A stretch of 64,000 nt of DNA, taken from positions 248,001-312,000 of the forward strand of contig NW_027117343.1 in NCBI RefSeq assembly GCF_038025025.1. The letters are read 5' to 3'. The position numbers were made by a program, and so were the translations under genes. Numbering within the stretch: position 1 is the first letter of the stretch; the number at the start of each line of letters is the position of its first letter. The notes below the pieces were generated by a model. The model made no database searches, was not told where the DNA came from, and saw nothing but the letters and a program-made list of their open reading frames with translations. Source of the DNA: Phyllosticta citribraziliensis. Lineage: Eukaryota. Positions 1-10,075 of this stretch are shown here, one piece after another.

Positions 1-191
1 CATGGTCGCTTAAGTGCTATTGGGACGCTTGAGGTGGCTTTTGCAGTATCATGAGCATGAAGCACTCGTCACGTCCAGGTCGGCCTCCGCATCTTCCCAT
101 CATCCGTATGGCTTTTTCTTGCAGCCGTTCATGGAACATTTCTCAGGCCTCTCGTTGCGGAAACCGTCTTTATTTGCCTGTTTGTATGGTC

Positions 192-581
192 TCAGGGCCC
201 CGTCGGTTCATTTGCGTATTTGCAGCACCATCGACAGACCCAGCTATCGGGAAAGGCGTTGATTCTCTTCTTTTGCTTGCAGAACTTGGCCGGTTTAGCG
301 CAGCTTGGGTTGGCGCAACGATCTTCTGACAAGAACAGGGCTCTTGGCACTTCTTCTCTGGGGTCAAGGTCAAGCTCCCCTGGTGGCTCCGCGAAGAAAG
401 CGGATGCTCCTCCGGTCTTCTCAGGAGACCAGATGTGATCCAAGCCCTTTCCGTGCCACGGGCGCTCGGGTAAGATCTTTTGGGCCTCTGACAAGACCTT
501 GCCGTACCATTCTGCATGGAGCGGCGTGGTGGAGACGTTGCGATGAGTTGGGTTGATTTGTGTCAAGGCGGGGAGAATCAT
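192..581 (-). CDS. Hypothetical ORF with a Cys cluster (CANPSC...CRWC), possibly a decayed zinc-binding protein fragment
   Basis: 129-aa ORF starting at ATG, with C-x4-C and C-x2-C pairs near the C-terminus. No family recognised; it lies in a region of degraded ORFs. Confidence 0.25.
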   Translation of the reverse strand: MILPALTQINPTHRNVSTTPLHAEWYGKVLSEAQKILPERPWHGKGLDHIWSPEKTGGASAFFAEPPGELDLDPREEVPRALFLSEDRCANPSCAKPAKFCKQKKRINAFPDSWVCRWCCKYANEPTGP

Positions 582-1046
582 GATGACAGAATTATGATGA
601 CAGTCTCAAGGAGCAGGGCTCGGGTGATGCGCACCATGTACACGAGCGACGCCATGACCTGCAGCTGTGAGCCTTCAGACGATACAGAGTCTGGGGAAGT
701 CCGTAAAAGCTGTGGCACACCCACGAGGCTTGACGGACTATGCTTCGAATGCTTTGAATGCTCCTTGGTACTACCACTCATGGGCGCTTGCAACCTCCTC
801 AGTACTCTGGTCAAGGACAGCTTGAAGGTTTTATTATTTGTGCGGCGGAATACTTAAAAATGTCACGAGTCTCGTCGGGACGTCTTTTTCAAGCTAGGAT
901 TGTATTCTTATTTGCACAAAAGAAAGAGGCTGAGGGATGACGGGGAACATTTGCGTCCGTAGACTGGCAGTCAGCGGGGAACAATCAGTCAAAGTTTGAG
1001 GTCCCAGGAAGCTCGGGGGCATTCGACTCTCGCGACTTCTCCTCCA

Positions 1047-1721
1047 ATGAAACCCCCTGCAACCTCTCAGTCTTTGAAGAGGAATTTTGACCATGAATCT
1101 CCTTATGACGATGTTTCCCGCCGACCTTACAAGAAGCAAAGGTCGACACCAATTGATGATGAGGATGACCTGATCCTATGCCTTTGCCACCGTCCATCAA
1201 AGGCTCCAGCAATCGGAAAGACTACCGAACGCGTGGTCTTCATAGACGACATCAAGCATCTCAACATAGGGAAGAAGCTGAGCGGAAAGTCCAAATCCGT
1301 GTCAACTAATGTCGACGACTCCTCCCGCGAAATCCTGACAGTCATTACCGATGGAATCCAGCAATTGATCCTCCGCGCTCTCAAGGAAAAGAAGACTATG
1401 GGCTGCTCCGGCCGATTCGTTTCGGTGCCCGCAGACGAATGCTCCCTATCGCTCGCGTCGGCACGAGTCCAACCTTTCTCCCCCCTTCTCATCTTAGAGC
1501 TTGAATGCTCCCTGCCCACGTCATTTGCTTTTGGCCACACGCGTTTCTCCTGTCACCCTTCTTGTATGGTGCAAGTCACGCTACGTCTGACTTTCTCGAG
1601 CCTCGTGCTCTGGCCCAGCTTGCGACGGTCGTCATGGCAGTGGATGTCGCAAAGGTTGGCATGGTGGCAGCGAAAATGCTGCCCTGAAGCCCGGCACCTC
1701 GCGAGGGAAAGTCGCCCGTGA
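1047..1721 (+). CDS. Hypothetical protein or gene remnant
   Basis: The N-terminal ~120 aa (MKPPATSQSLKRNFDHESPYDD...LRALKEKK) read like a charged protein. The reading becomes non-protein-like where the GAATGCTCC motifs begin (1437, 1503). Confidence 0.25.
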   Translation: MKPPATSQSLKRNFDHESPYDDVSRRPYKKQRSTPIDDEDDLILCLCHRPSKAPAIGKTTERVVFIDDIKHLNIGKKLSGKSKSVSTNVDDSSREILTVITDGIQQLILRALKEKKTMGCSGRFVSVPADECSLSLASARVQPFSPLLILELECSLPTSFAFGHTRFSCHPSCMVQVTLRLTFSSLVLWPSLRRSSWQWMSQRLAWWQRKCCPEARHLARESRP

Positions 1722-2289
1722 GTCTGCCCAGGGGGGTGGGAGGTCTTGAATGCTCCCTATCAATCGGCCGTTCCAGTGGATGAATGACCCCCATCTACTA
1801 CACTACCTCTTTTTGCTGCGGGGAAAGAGGTGGCAGCGCGGACGGGTGCCGGTGGGCATTGTTTTATGCATTCCTCGAGATGTTGTTGATAATTTTTTCA
1901 CCCTACGTAATATTAGTACCAAAACTAATGTTGGATCATTGTACTTACATTGGCGCCGTCATGCAAATTCATGTCTGGCTCGACTTTCTGGTAGAGCTGG
2001 CAGAAACTCTGGTGCCGGCAAATTTTGTGGAGGGCCAGACACCCAGGTGCCGCACACGGTCCTTGTACCTCCTCCAGGCTCAGGAACCTTCACTTTGGCC
2101 CATGGCGGAGGCAGTATCATAGCATCTTGGGCGCCTCAGCTGGCCAGTGGAAGACACGACCTCCGTCAACCAAATCAACAAATGCCTTTCTTTTCCTCGT
2201 CGTTCTCAACTCGGCGTCGCTTCCTTTCCCGGGGAAGCATTGTCACTGCCACCAGGGCAGACAAACGGCTTCTTTTGGGTGAGGCTTAC

Positions 2290-2400
2290 GGATGCTCCTC
2301 GTTGGCATCGCATGCAGACGCTTGAATGCTCCTGATCATCCTGGCGTCTCATCGTTTGGATGCTCCCTCTTGACTGCCAGTCTGAATGTGCGAATGCTCC
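2290..2400. repeat. Phased array of four G(A/G)ATGCTCC motifs, 34-bp period
   Basis: Motifs start at 2290, 2324, 2358 and 2392. The sequence after the last one (GAATGCTCCCAACCACTCCCCATT) resembles the MITE at 43821 (GAATGCTCCCCAAGTGCACTCACATT). Confidence 0.7.
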
Positions 2401-2525
2401 CAACCACTCCCCATTCTTTTCCTTCTGTGTGGCGCGATTCTGCACACCAAGCCTTGGTCCAAACATTGTCCATGGGTGGTAAGTGTTCAATTTCCCTGAC
2501 TTGGACCGGGGAATTTTGACGGTGA

Positions 2526-3374
2526 TTATTTGGAAGATGGCATTTCCATCCAGTGGTCTTCGTTCCAGCGCAGCACCTCGTTTGATTGGCGTAACGTATC
2601 TTCCATGGCGATGAGCTGGTTTGAAATGTGGCGGGCGTTTTCGCGGAGCTGCGCAAACGCACCAGACATCGGCTGTCTGTGATCGGCAGCGACCATATCG
2701 ACGTCATTCTGAAGCGATGCACGAAGCTTCCGAATTTCCTCGATGGCGTTCTCGTTCTCAGCAACTTGGTCTCGGTTGGAACGAGACAAAGAACGGTCCT
2801 GTTGATTGTAGGCGCTACGTCGCTCGCCATGGCGTTGAAGCTGCCGTTCAGGATCATTGGTGTCGGAGAAGCGTTGCCTGTTGAAGGCGGAATTATTGTC
2901 GTAGCCGGACTGCACGTCTGCCTTCTTTGATATGCGTCTATTGCTATGGTCGTGAGGCGTGACGAGCCTTGCATCTCGATGGATGGTCTCGGGCGCTGGG
3001 TTTCCACTGGGGGGTCGACTTTTGGCAGACTTACGTTTCGCCTGCAAGTAGGGACGGTACGGCTGATGATCGGGGTGAGTTGGTGACCTCTTGTTCCGAC
3101 CGAAGATCGAGCCATCTTCGCCACGGATGTTGTCCATGTCGTAGTCTTGAAAAGCGTTCGCGAATTCAGGATGCAGCGCTCTCTCCTGGTCGCTGACCCT
3201 GTCGTAGTCGATAACTTTGTTCTGCAAGCTAAGCGCAGCATCGGCATTGAAGCTCGTGCAGATCCCGCTTTGCTTTTCCGCTGCCTTCAGATGCCACCAC
3301 GGCTTCGAAGCACGAATATGACTCTGCCGAGCGCCTTGAGCAGGCATGTATTCGAAATTTCCCATCTCTTTCAT
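2526..3374 (-). CDS. Hypothetical hydrophilic protein with a C-terminal coiled coil
   Basis: 282-aa ORF, R/D/Q/N-rich, with a heptad-like C-terminus (ENENAIEEIRKLRASLQND...ISNQLIAMEDTLRQSNEVL). No family recognised. Confidence 0.45.
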   Translation of the reverse strand: MKEMGNFEYMPAQGARQSHIRASKPWWHLKAAEKQSGICTSFNADAALSLQNKVIDYDRVSDQERALHPEFANAFQDYDMDNIRGEDGSIFGRNKRSPTHPDHQPYRPYLQAKRKSAKSRPPSGNPAPETIHRDARLVTPHDHSNRRISKKADVQSGYDNNSAFNRQRFSDTNDPERQLQRHGERRSAYNQQDRSLSRSNRDQVAENENAIEEIRKLRASLQNDVDMVAADHRQPMSGAFAQLRENARHISNQLIAMEDTLRQSNEVLRWNEDHWMEMPSSK

Positions 3375-3613
3375 ATTTGGAGCACGGTCTGTCGAGTCTC
3401 AGGCGTGGCATGGCGTACGAGACAAAATGCGGCTGTCTGGAACGCCTCTTGTGGCCAAAAGAGAAGGGCGCGGACAGGGAGCATTCAAGTACTCCATCTG
3501 CCTCCTTGAAACTCGCGCTCAGGAGTTGCACGTCTTCAGACGTGCAAACACGCCCTCCTCGCCACCACTTGTTCCGGCATAGGGGACCATCATGTCGCTA
3601 TCTTCCACCAGCA

Positions 3614-4370
3614 TCAAGTAGCAGCCATGTTGGTACGCTGCTTTGTTGCTGCAAGACGGCAATCCTTTAAGCGTCTCGATGGTGAAATTATTTCCGAGAT
3701 ATAGTCGGGAAGCAGACTCATGTTGCGTTCCATCAGCTGATTGGTGCTGAAGTCCTCGACCAGGCGGGCAGATTTGAAGGACATGCCGCGGGCGACTTTG
3801 GGCAACGTCGTTCCCTCGGACAGACGAGCAAGAGTTACAAACATAGCCTCGAGGATGGCTCTCAACTGCATCTTCTGTGTATTCAATGGCGGACGTCCTG
3901 GTCCCCTGGGTTCACCAACGTTGAGGCTGGTCAGATCCTCCATTTTGTTGACAAAGGGTAACCGCCGACGTCTCGCTGAGCTGCGTGTTGTGGAGCCGTC
4001 ATCTCCAGAGAGAAGAGAGCTGGTATCGCTTTCAATTTCGCTCTCATTGTCGCTGTCACGTTCATTCTCGCTCGCGCTGTCGCTGTCACGTTGAATTTCG
4101 CTCGCGCCGTCGCTGTCGCTTTCCGTATCGCGCTGGCTGACTGCATCACTGTAGACCGATTCATCACTCTCAGCGTCCCATACGCTTCCCGAACCGTCGT
4201 TGAATTATCTATTGTTGAGCTCTGTATGCTCAGCATCGGAGCTATCATCGTCATGATTCGTGATTGACACGCGGCTTTTCGATACGTTGAGAAGTCTTTG
4301 TCGAGACGCAAGGCGAGAGACAAGGGAGCAAAAAAGGTTTTCAGCGGCTCGGGCGTCGAGGTTTGTCGTC
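3614..4370 (-). pseudogene. Degraded acidic (D/S/E-repeat) protein gene
   Basis: The frame of ORF 3614-3943 continues upstream as SQRDTESDSDGASEIQRDSDSASENERDSDNESEIESD. It is broken by an in-frame TAA at 4205-4207, one C>T away from CAA. Confidence 0.35.
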
Positions 4371-7331
4371 GGTCAAGGAGCATTCGCTTGCAAAGCGCAG
4401 CGGTCGCGGGTCGTCATTTGAGGAGCATTCGTTTGCAGAGCGCAGCGATTTCGGCAGCGGCGGCGATGCCGCAGGTTGAGGCTGGGGTTGAGGTTGCAAT
4501 GAGCTTTTTGGCTGCAGTGGTTGACGTTGAGGTTGGGGTTGAGCTGGCGATGCGATGTTGGCCCGGAGTTGAGAAAGCACGAGAGAGGAGTCCTTCTCTC
4601 AGCGCTCAACCTGCGACGAGAGGGACACCAAGGCAAGAAACTACCACAGTCTACGAGAAAAATACGGCAGTGATGACAACCAAGTGGACAAAGAGGGTCC
4701 CGAGAGGACTCGCTCATTTCAGACTTCTTCCTGCAGTCAAGGAAGTCCGTCAGTCCACACGGAGAAGACAAGAGCCCGCACCTGCACATGCCTGTCCTTC
4801 CAGAGAGGCATTATAAACCCAAAGCGCGAGTCCTATGTCAAGGACCACGCGGGACGGCGCGTGCTAAGTAGAATCTCCATGGTCGGTATGAAAACCTAGC
4901 CAGTTGCGTCGGGGCGAAAGATCCTGGCCAGCTTTGCAAGCACCACAAAGCATGCTCGATTCGCGTGGTCTGCGTTTCCTTTTTGGTCTTTTCTTTTTGA
5001 TCTGCCTATCCGTCTATCTTTTTTGTCTCTGCGAGCATCTCCTCCTCCTCTTCCGTTTGTTCCTTGTAGGCGCCGCTCCGGCTGGCGCGCTGAGTTTTGT
5101 CCCACACACAAGCCGCTGCGAGCGTGGACCTACCTCATCTTGGAACTCCACTCTGCCCACCCACGTGCGCCACTGCAGCCATTCCTCACTGCTCACTCAC
5201 TCACTCACCGTTTGCTCGCTCCTGCCGTGTCGTATTGAATGAGGCATGTGGTGTACGCGACGAAGCCGTACCGCCGTGTACGCTCTACGCTCGACGACTC
5301 TGTGCGAGGTAGTCATCGTTGTGTTTGCGTACAGGTAAGCGGCGGCGCTGGTCATTACCACCATGACGCGAGGTCAGCTGGCACGAGCAGGCAGCGGAGT
5401 AGAGAACGAGGAGAGGAGAGGAGAGGGCAGTCAGAAAGATGGTGGGGAAATGGTGCTCGTGACGATGATGATGCTGCTGCTGCTGCCGCTGCTGTGTCTC
5501 AGGCAGTGTAAGCAAGGACGGACTGCAGACAGAGCAAACAGACGCGCGGTAAGGTAGAAAGAGAAGAAAAGAAAGAAATACGAAGAATTCGAGAAGTAGA
5601 GCGCGTCGGACTACCAACCAGAGAAACAAACAGAAGCAAACAAAACCTACAGCGTGCCAGCTCCACCACATCTGCCTTGTCCATCCACCTATGTACCTTA
5701 CCTTACCTTACTCTTCCACTTCCATCCACGGGCAACAAACGCAGACAGCACTCGCCGTCGTCCGGCTGGCCGTCGCCCATCGCATCTCTCTCAGCTGACG
5801 CCAAAGCGCCGCCGCACCAGGCACATCAGAAGGTCGACACGAAATCAATGTCGCCACATGGCGGCACTTGAGCTGAGCAATGCGACGGCAACGGCGACGG
5901 CGAGTACGAAATAAGAGTACGAACGGCGCGTCCGTCCGTGTCTTCTCTTTCGAGCAGCAGAAAGCATTGAGTGGCTCCAATACTGGGCGAGTGGGCGGGG
6001 GGCCTCGTCATATGCGCAGCGCAGCGCACCTCAGCATGAGTCGCAAGCAACAATTGAATGGCTTACTGCGGCGCCATCTCCGGCGCCTGTGATAACGAAA
6101 CGGGTGGGAGAAATCGGTGGTGATGACGGTGGTAGTGGTAGGGCGTGGGCAGAGCCAGCCAGCCAGCCAGCCAGCCCGTCCGTCATCAATTCAGCGTGTA
6201 CGAGTCTGAGAAGTAGGCAGGCAGGCGAGTGACGGAGTGAGGTCGTTGGCGTGTGCGACCTGCGCAAGCAGGCAGGCCGATGGAGAAGTCCGCGCAGAGA
6301 GGCGAGGCGCGCGCGGCTTTCTCCTTGGTGGTCGGTCCAGCCAGCCAGCCAGTCAGGGAGGTCACTCAGAAGGAGCGGCGGGCGGATCGGGGCGAGACAC
6401 GCGGGAGATTCTAGAAAGGAGCTAGAAGGCGTTGTGAGAGGGAGGGATGAGGGATGAGGGATGGAGGGAGGGGGAGAGGAGCCATGCGAGCGGTTCTGCT
6501 GCTGCTGCTGAAGGGAGTGGTGGGAGGTGTGGGTGGGCAGAGGACTGGAGCTAGCTAGCGGGCTAGGGCGAGGATACACGGCATGAGAGTCGGACGGGAT
6601 GCGGTGGATTGGCCGGGGAGCTCAGGGAGCTCAGGGAGCTCAGGGAGCGCATGGCGCGTGGGGGCGAGGATGACGATGAGGGCGAGGGAAATGGGCGACG
6701 CAGTACAGGATGAGGATGGGCGAGGTGAGGTGTGGGAGCACGACAGCAGCCAGCTGCGCACCGGGCACGCGGGAAGTGGGTAAGGGTAAGGCGCTCTCGC
6801 TCAGCACCTTGCAGCGAGCACAACGGCATCCACAACCACAACCACAACCACAGCCACCACCGCAATCTGCCAACGCCCATATTCTGCCCGCCGCATCCAC
6901 CATCATCTGGATAATTGCCCGGCTGCCGCATGGCCCGGCCGCCGGCATTACAGCGCAATGCGGCAATGTGGTACAGCTCGCATCCATGCCATGCCCGCTG
7001 CTCCGCGCCACGCCCCTGCAGCCTGCCTACATACAGCACAATGCCAATGTGTTTACCACCGGGACCACACCTGCGTGCGAAGAAGAGAACGGAATGCAGG
7101 CAGCGAAATGCCGTCTGCATGGCGTGTGCCCTTTTGATTTGGAAAAGAAACACAGACAAGCGACAAGGGGACAGACAAAGCATTGTTTTGCTCGGTAGGC
7201 GCTGCGCTGTGACGGCGTTGCGGCGCTGGTCAAACCCTCCCTCTAGATCCCTTCGCGGACCACCACTCTTCTCCAACCGCGGCTAATCGCAGAAGCAGGA
7301 TAGTGCAGCCTCTGGTTGATAATCTCGTCTA

Positions 7332-7859
7332 TCACCCAGCCTCCACCTTGACAAACTCCCAGATCGTCGTCCCGTGATTCCGCATGGCCAACTTGCCGTC
7401 CTCCGCCACGCACAGCACCATCAACGCGTGCGAAAAGAAGCCGAACGGAAACATGATCTGATAGCCGCCCTCCGGATGCTCTCGCGGCGTGATCAGCTCC
7501 CAATTGTTGAGTGCCGCCGCCCCCGGGCTGATCCCCCTCTTGCCATCGTGTCCGAGGTATCTGCCCGAGATGGGGTTGTGGAAGCCAAAGTAGCCGTTCT
7601 TCTCGACGCACAGCCAATGCGTCGCCGGATCGTGCGGGCTTGAGACGTGCTTGAGGGCGACATTGCCGTTCACGAGGGCGATGGCCCGCCCTGTCGCCTT
7701 TTCGATTATCTGGTAGGTGTTGCTGGGCCACGGGACGGTGCCGCGACTGCGCCAGAAGTCGTCGTCTGCTGCCATTGAAGGCTCGGTTGGCGAGGTGAGG
7801 GGCGTCAGGGTAGGTTGTGACGATATGTCGGACACCGAATCGTCTTCTTTGGTGTCCAT
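7332..7859 (-). CDS. Small fungal beta-rich protein of the VPWP...HWxCVE.NG..GF.N...G.YLGHDG type (ricin-B/beta-trefoil-like fold inferred), paralog A, 175 aa
   Basis: Intact ORF from the ATG at 7859 (MDTKEDDS...). It has a disordered S/T/P N-terminus and a domain clearly homologous to the neighbouring paralog at 9117-9742. Confidence 0.8.
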   Translation of the reverse strand: MDTKEDDSVSDISSQPTLTPLTSPTEPSMAADDDFWRSRGTVPWPSNTYQIIEKATGRAIALVNGNVALKHVSSPHDPATHWLCVEKNGYFGFHNPISGRYLGHDGKRGISPGAAALNNWELITPREHPEGGYQIMFPFGFFSHALMVLCVAEDGKLAMRNHGTTIWEFVKVEAG

Positions 7860-8014
7860 TTCCGACTTGAAACAACGACGACGGCGAAGCATGAGAAGGA
7901 TGATGAGGACGGACATTGCTCATATCAGATATCAGGGGCGAGTCGCACCTAGTGCACACAGAATAAACTCATGGCAAACTTAAAGCCAACCCGCTTGGAT
8001 GGGCGAGCTGGCAA

Positions 8015-8160
8015 GCAGGCAGACAAGCAAGCTCAAGCTCATGATGCATCGACGTTGTGTTGGAGTCGTTGGATAGCCGCTCCAACCCAAATCCCGCAAC
8101 CCGCTTCCCTGTCATCGAGGACAAGACAGCGGTCGTCGGCCTCTGGCATGCCATGTCGAC
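8015..8160. promoter_or_regulatory. Conserved upstream element of paralog A
   Basis: Shares CAAGCAAGCTCAAGCTCA, TGTTGGAGTCG, CCGCTCCAACCCAAATCCCGCAACCC, CCTGTCA, GGACAAGAC and CATGTCGA in the same order with 9945-10075. Confidence 0.75.
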
Positions 8161-9116
8161 TCCTGCGAAGAACCCACCTCATGGGCAGACGCCTATGCTA
8201 GTCTGCCTAGGCCCTTCTAGTTCATCGTCCATTTCCCTTTCTCTGGCTTGCTCTTTTCTGTCCGCACACACGCTTAACCCACCTACTGAAGGAACAGGTA
8301 GCCACGACTTTTCTTCCACCACTCCACCAGCGCCTCTTATCGTCTCTCAATTTCCGCAGCCGCCCTGCTTCTCGCCGCCTTCTTCCTTTTTCTTCTCGTT
8401 TCGATGTACAGCGCTCTAACCACCCAGCCGCTAAAAAGAGGACAACCAAGAACCGACGGAGATACTGGCGAGCGGTTATATCCTCCATCCGGCTGCAGAC
8501 AGGAGGTCCAGATAAGCAAGCAGCAGCGCGTCGTCATCTGTCAACCGCTCGCTCATCTCGATTCCTCGTCTCGCATGCGTGCGCGCCTGGCTGGTCTGCT
8601 CCTCGACGGGTGCGCGCATCGCGTCGCATCGCATCTGCTGCTCTCTGCCTTTCGTGGTTTGTCAGCAGGCGCGGCTGTCATGCGTCCATGCCGCAACACA
8701 CATCCACACACACGCCATTTACCGTACCTACGTACTCGACCCACAGACGCGCGCGCGCGCGCATGACCGTTTCGCTGCTCGCCGTGGGCCAGTGTCTCAC
8801 TCGCCTGTCATGATTTGCCGTCCGTCATTCGCCTCGACTGATGGGATTGACGAACTAACTGCCCTGCGCCCGTTTGATCATTTGTAAGGTTTCACGCTGT
8901 GGGCTGGTCGCAAGAAACGACGAGAGCCAGGCAGCCAGCCAGTCAATCGGGTCAATTGCGCTGCTGCTCTATGGTTCTGAGTGTGGTGCGGCGGATATTG
9001 GACGGCAGCCGGTATGGCGTCTCCAGGCCGCAGCGACAACCACAACCACAACAAAACCACCCGCCACATTCTCTCAAACCTCACAATACACCCCTTCCCC
9101 ACAGTCCCTCTCCCTC

Positions 9117-9742
9117 CTACACCGCAACAAACTCCCAAAGCGTCGTCCCATGATCGCGCCTCACCACCCCCGCGCCATCCTCACCCACACAAAGCACCAT
9201 CAGCGTATGCCAATAAAACGGGAAAAGGATCTGATACCCGCCGTCCGGGTGCAGCCGCGGCGTCAGCATCTCCCAGGCATCCAGCGCCCTGGCGGCCGCT
9301 TTGATGCCCTGGTGTCCGTCGTGCCCGAGGTACGTCCCCGCCTGCGGGTTGTGCAGGCCGAAGTAGCCGTTCTTCTCGACGACGAGCCAGTGCGTGGATG
9401 CGTCGTCGGAGGGCGTGGTGGCGGGTTTGAGGGCCACCGTGTTGTTGATGGCGTGGAGCGCGCGGTTGCTGTCCTTCAGGAAGACTTGGAATTTTTTGTG
9501 AGGCCAGGCCAGGGCACGGCGCCGCGGCCGCTGTCGTCGTTGTCGTCGTTGTCGTTATTCTCGCCGTCGTGAATGTCTGCTCCAGCGGTGGCACACTCAG
9601 TGGGCGGCGGCGTCATGGCCGCAGAGTCCGTCCACGCCGTCGACGGCGCCTCGCCGCTCCACAGCCTGTCCATTTTCTCGGCCGCGGACATGGACGACAT
9701 GTCTGCGACGGGGGCGTCTGCGTCTGCGTTGACGATGGCCAT
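9117..9742 (-). pseudogene. Paralog B of the beta-rich protein, frameshifted by 5 extra nt at ~9492-9510 (pseudogene or assembly error)
   Basis: The upstream frame gives ...GRGAVPWP and the downstream frame gives FQVFLKDSNRALHAINNTVALKP...THWLVVEKNGYFGLHNP...GTTLWEFVAV. This aligns to paralog A VPWP-SNT-YQIIEKATGRAIALVNGNVALK. There are 14 nt between VPWP and F instead of 9. Confidence 0.8.
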
Positions 9743-9944
9743 TTGCCGAGGATGCAGGACCACCGGACCGCGCTGGATGAGATCAGATGGGTGCTGGATT
9801 TGCAGAAAACTGTAGAATCACGTTGAATATAAATTGCAGAAGAATCCCGTCCGCGATGGGCAAACGCAACAGCGGGCCGGCGTAAATAGACAGACAGGCC
9901 AAGAGACAGGTAAGACAAGAAGCTCACTCGCTCGCTCGCTCGCT

Positions 9945-10075
9945 CGCAGGCAAGCAAGCTCAAGCTCAAGCTCATCCGTCCACGATATATGGTGTTGGAG
10001 TCGCGAGCCACCGCTCCAACCCAAATCCCGCAACCCTGTCACTGGGACAAGACGTCGGCTCTCCAGCATGTCGAG
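9945..10075. promoter_or_regulatory. Conserved upstream element of paralog B
   Basis: Colinear match to 8015-8160, including the GTTGGAG...CTCCAAC inverted repeat (9994-10020). Confidence 0.75.

Noticed and set aside
4900..7250. Many 60-240-aa ORFs and isolated splice-like signals
   Set aside because: Microsatellite-derived low-complexity translations on all frames; no consistent gene model could be built.
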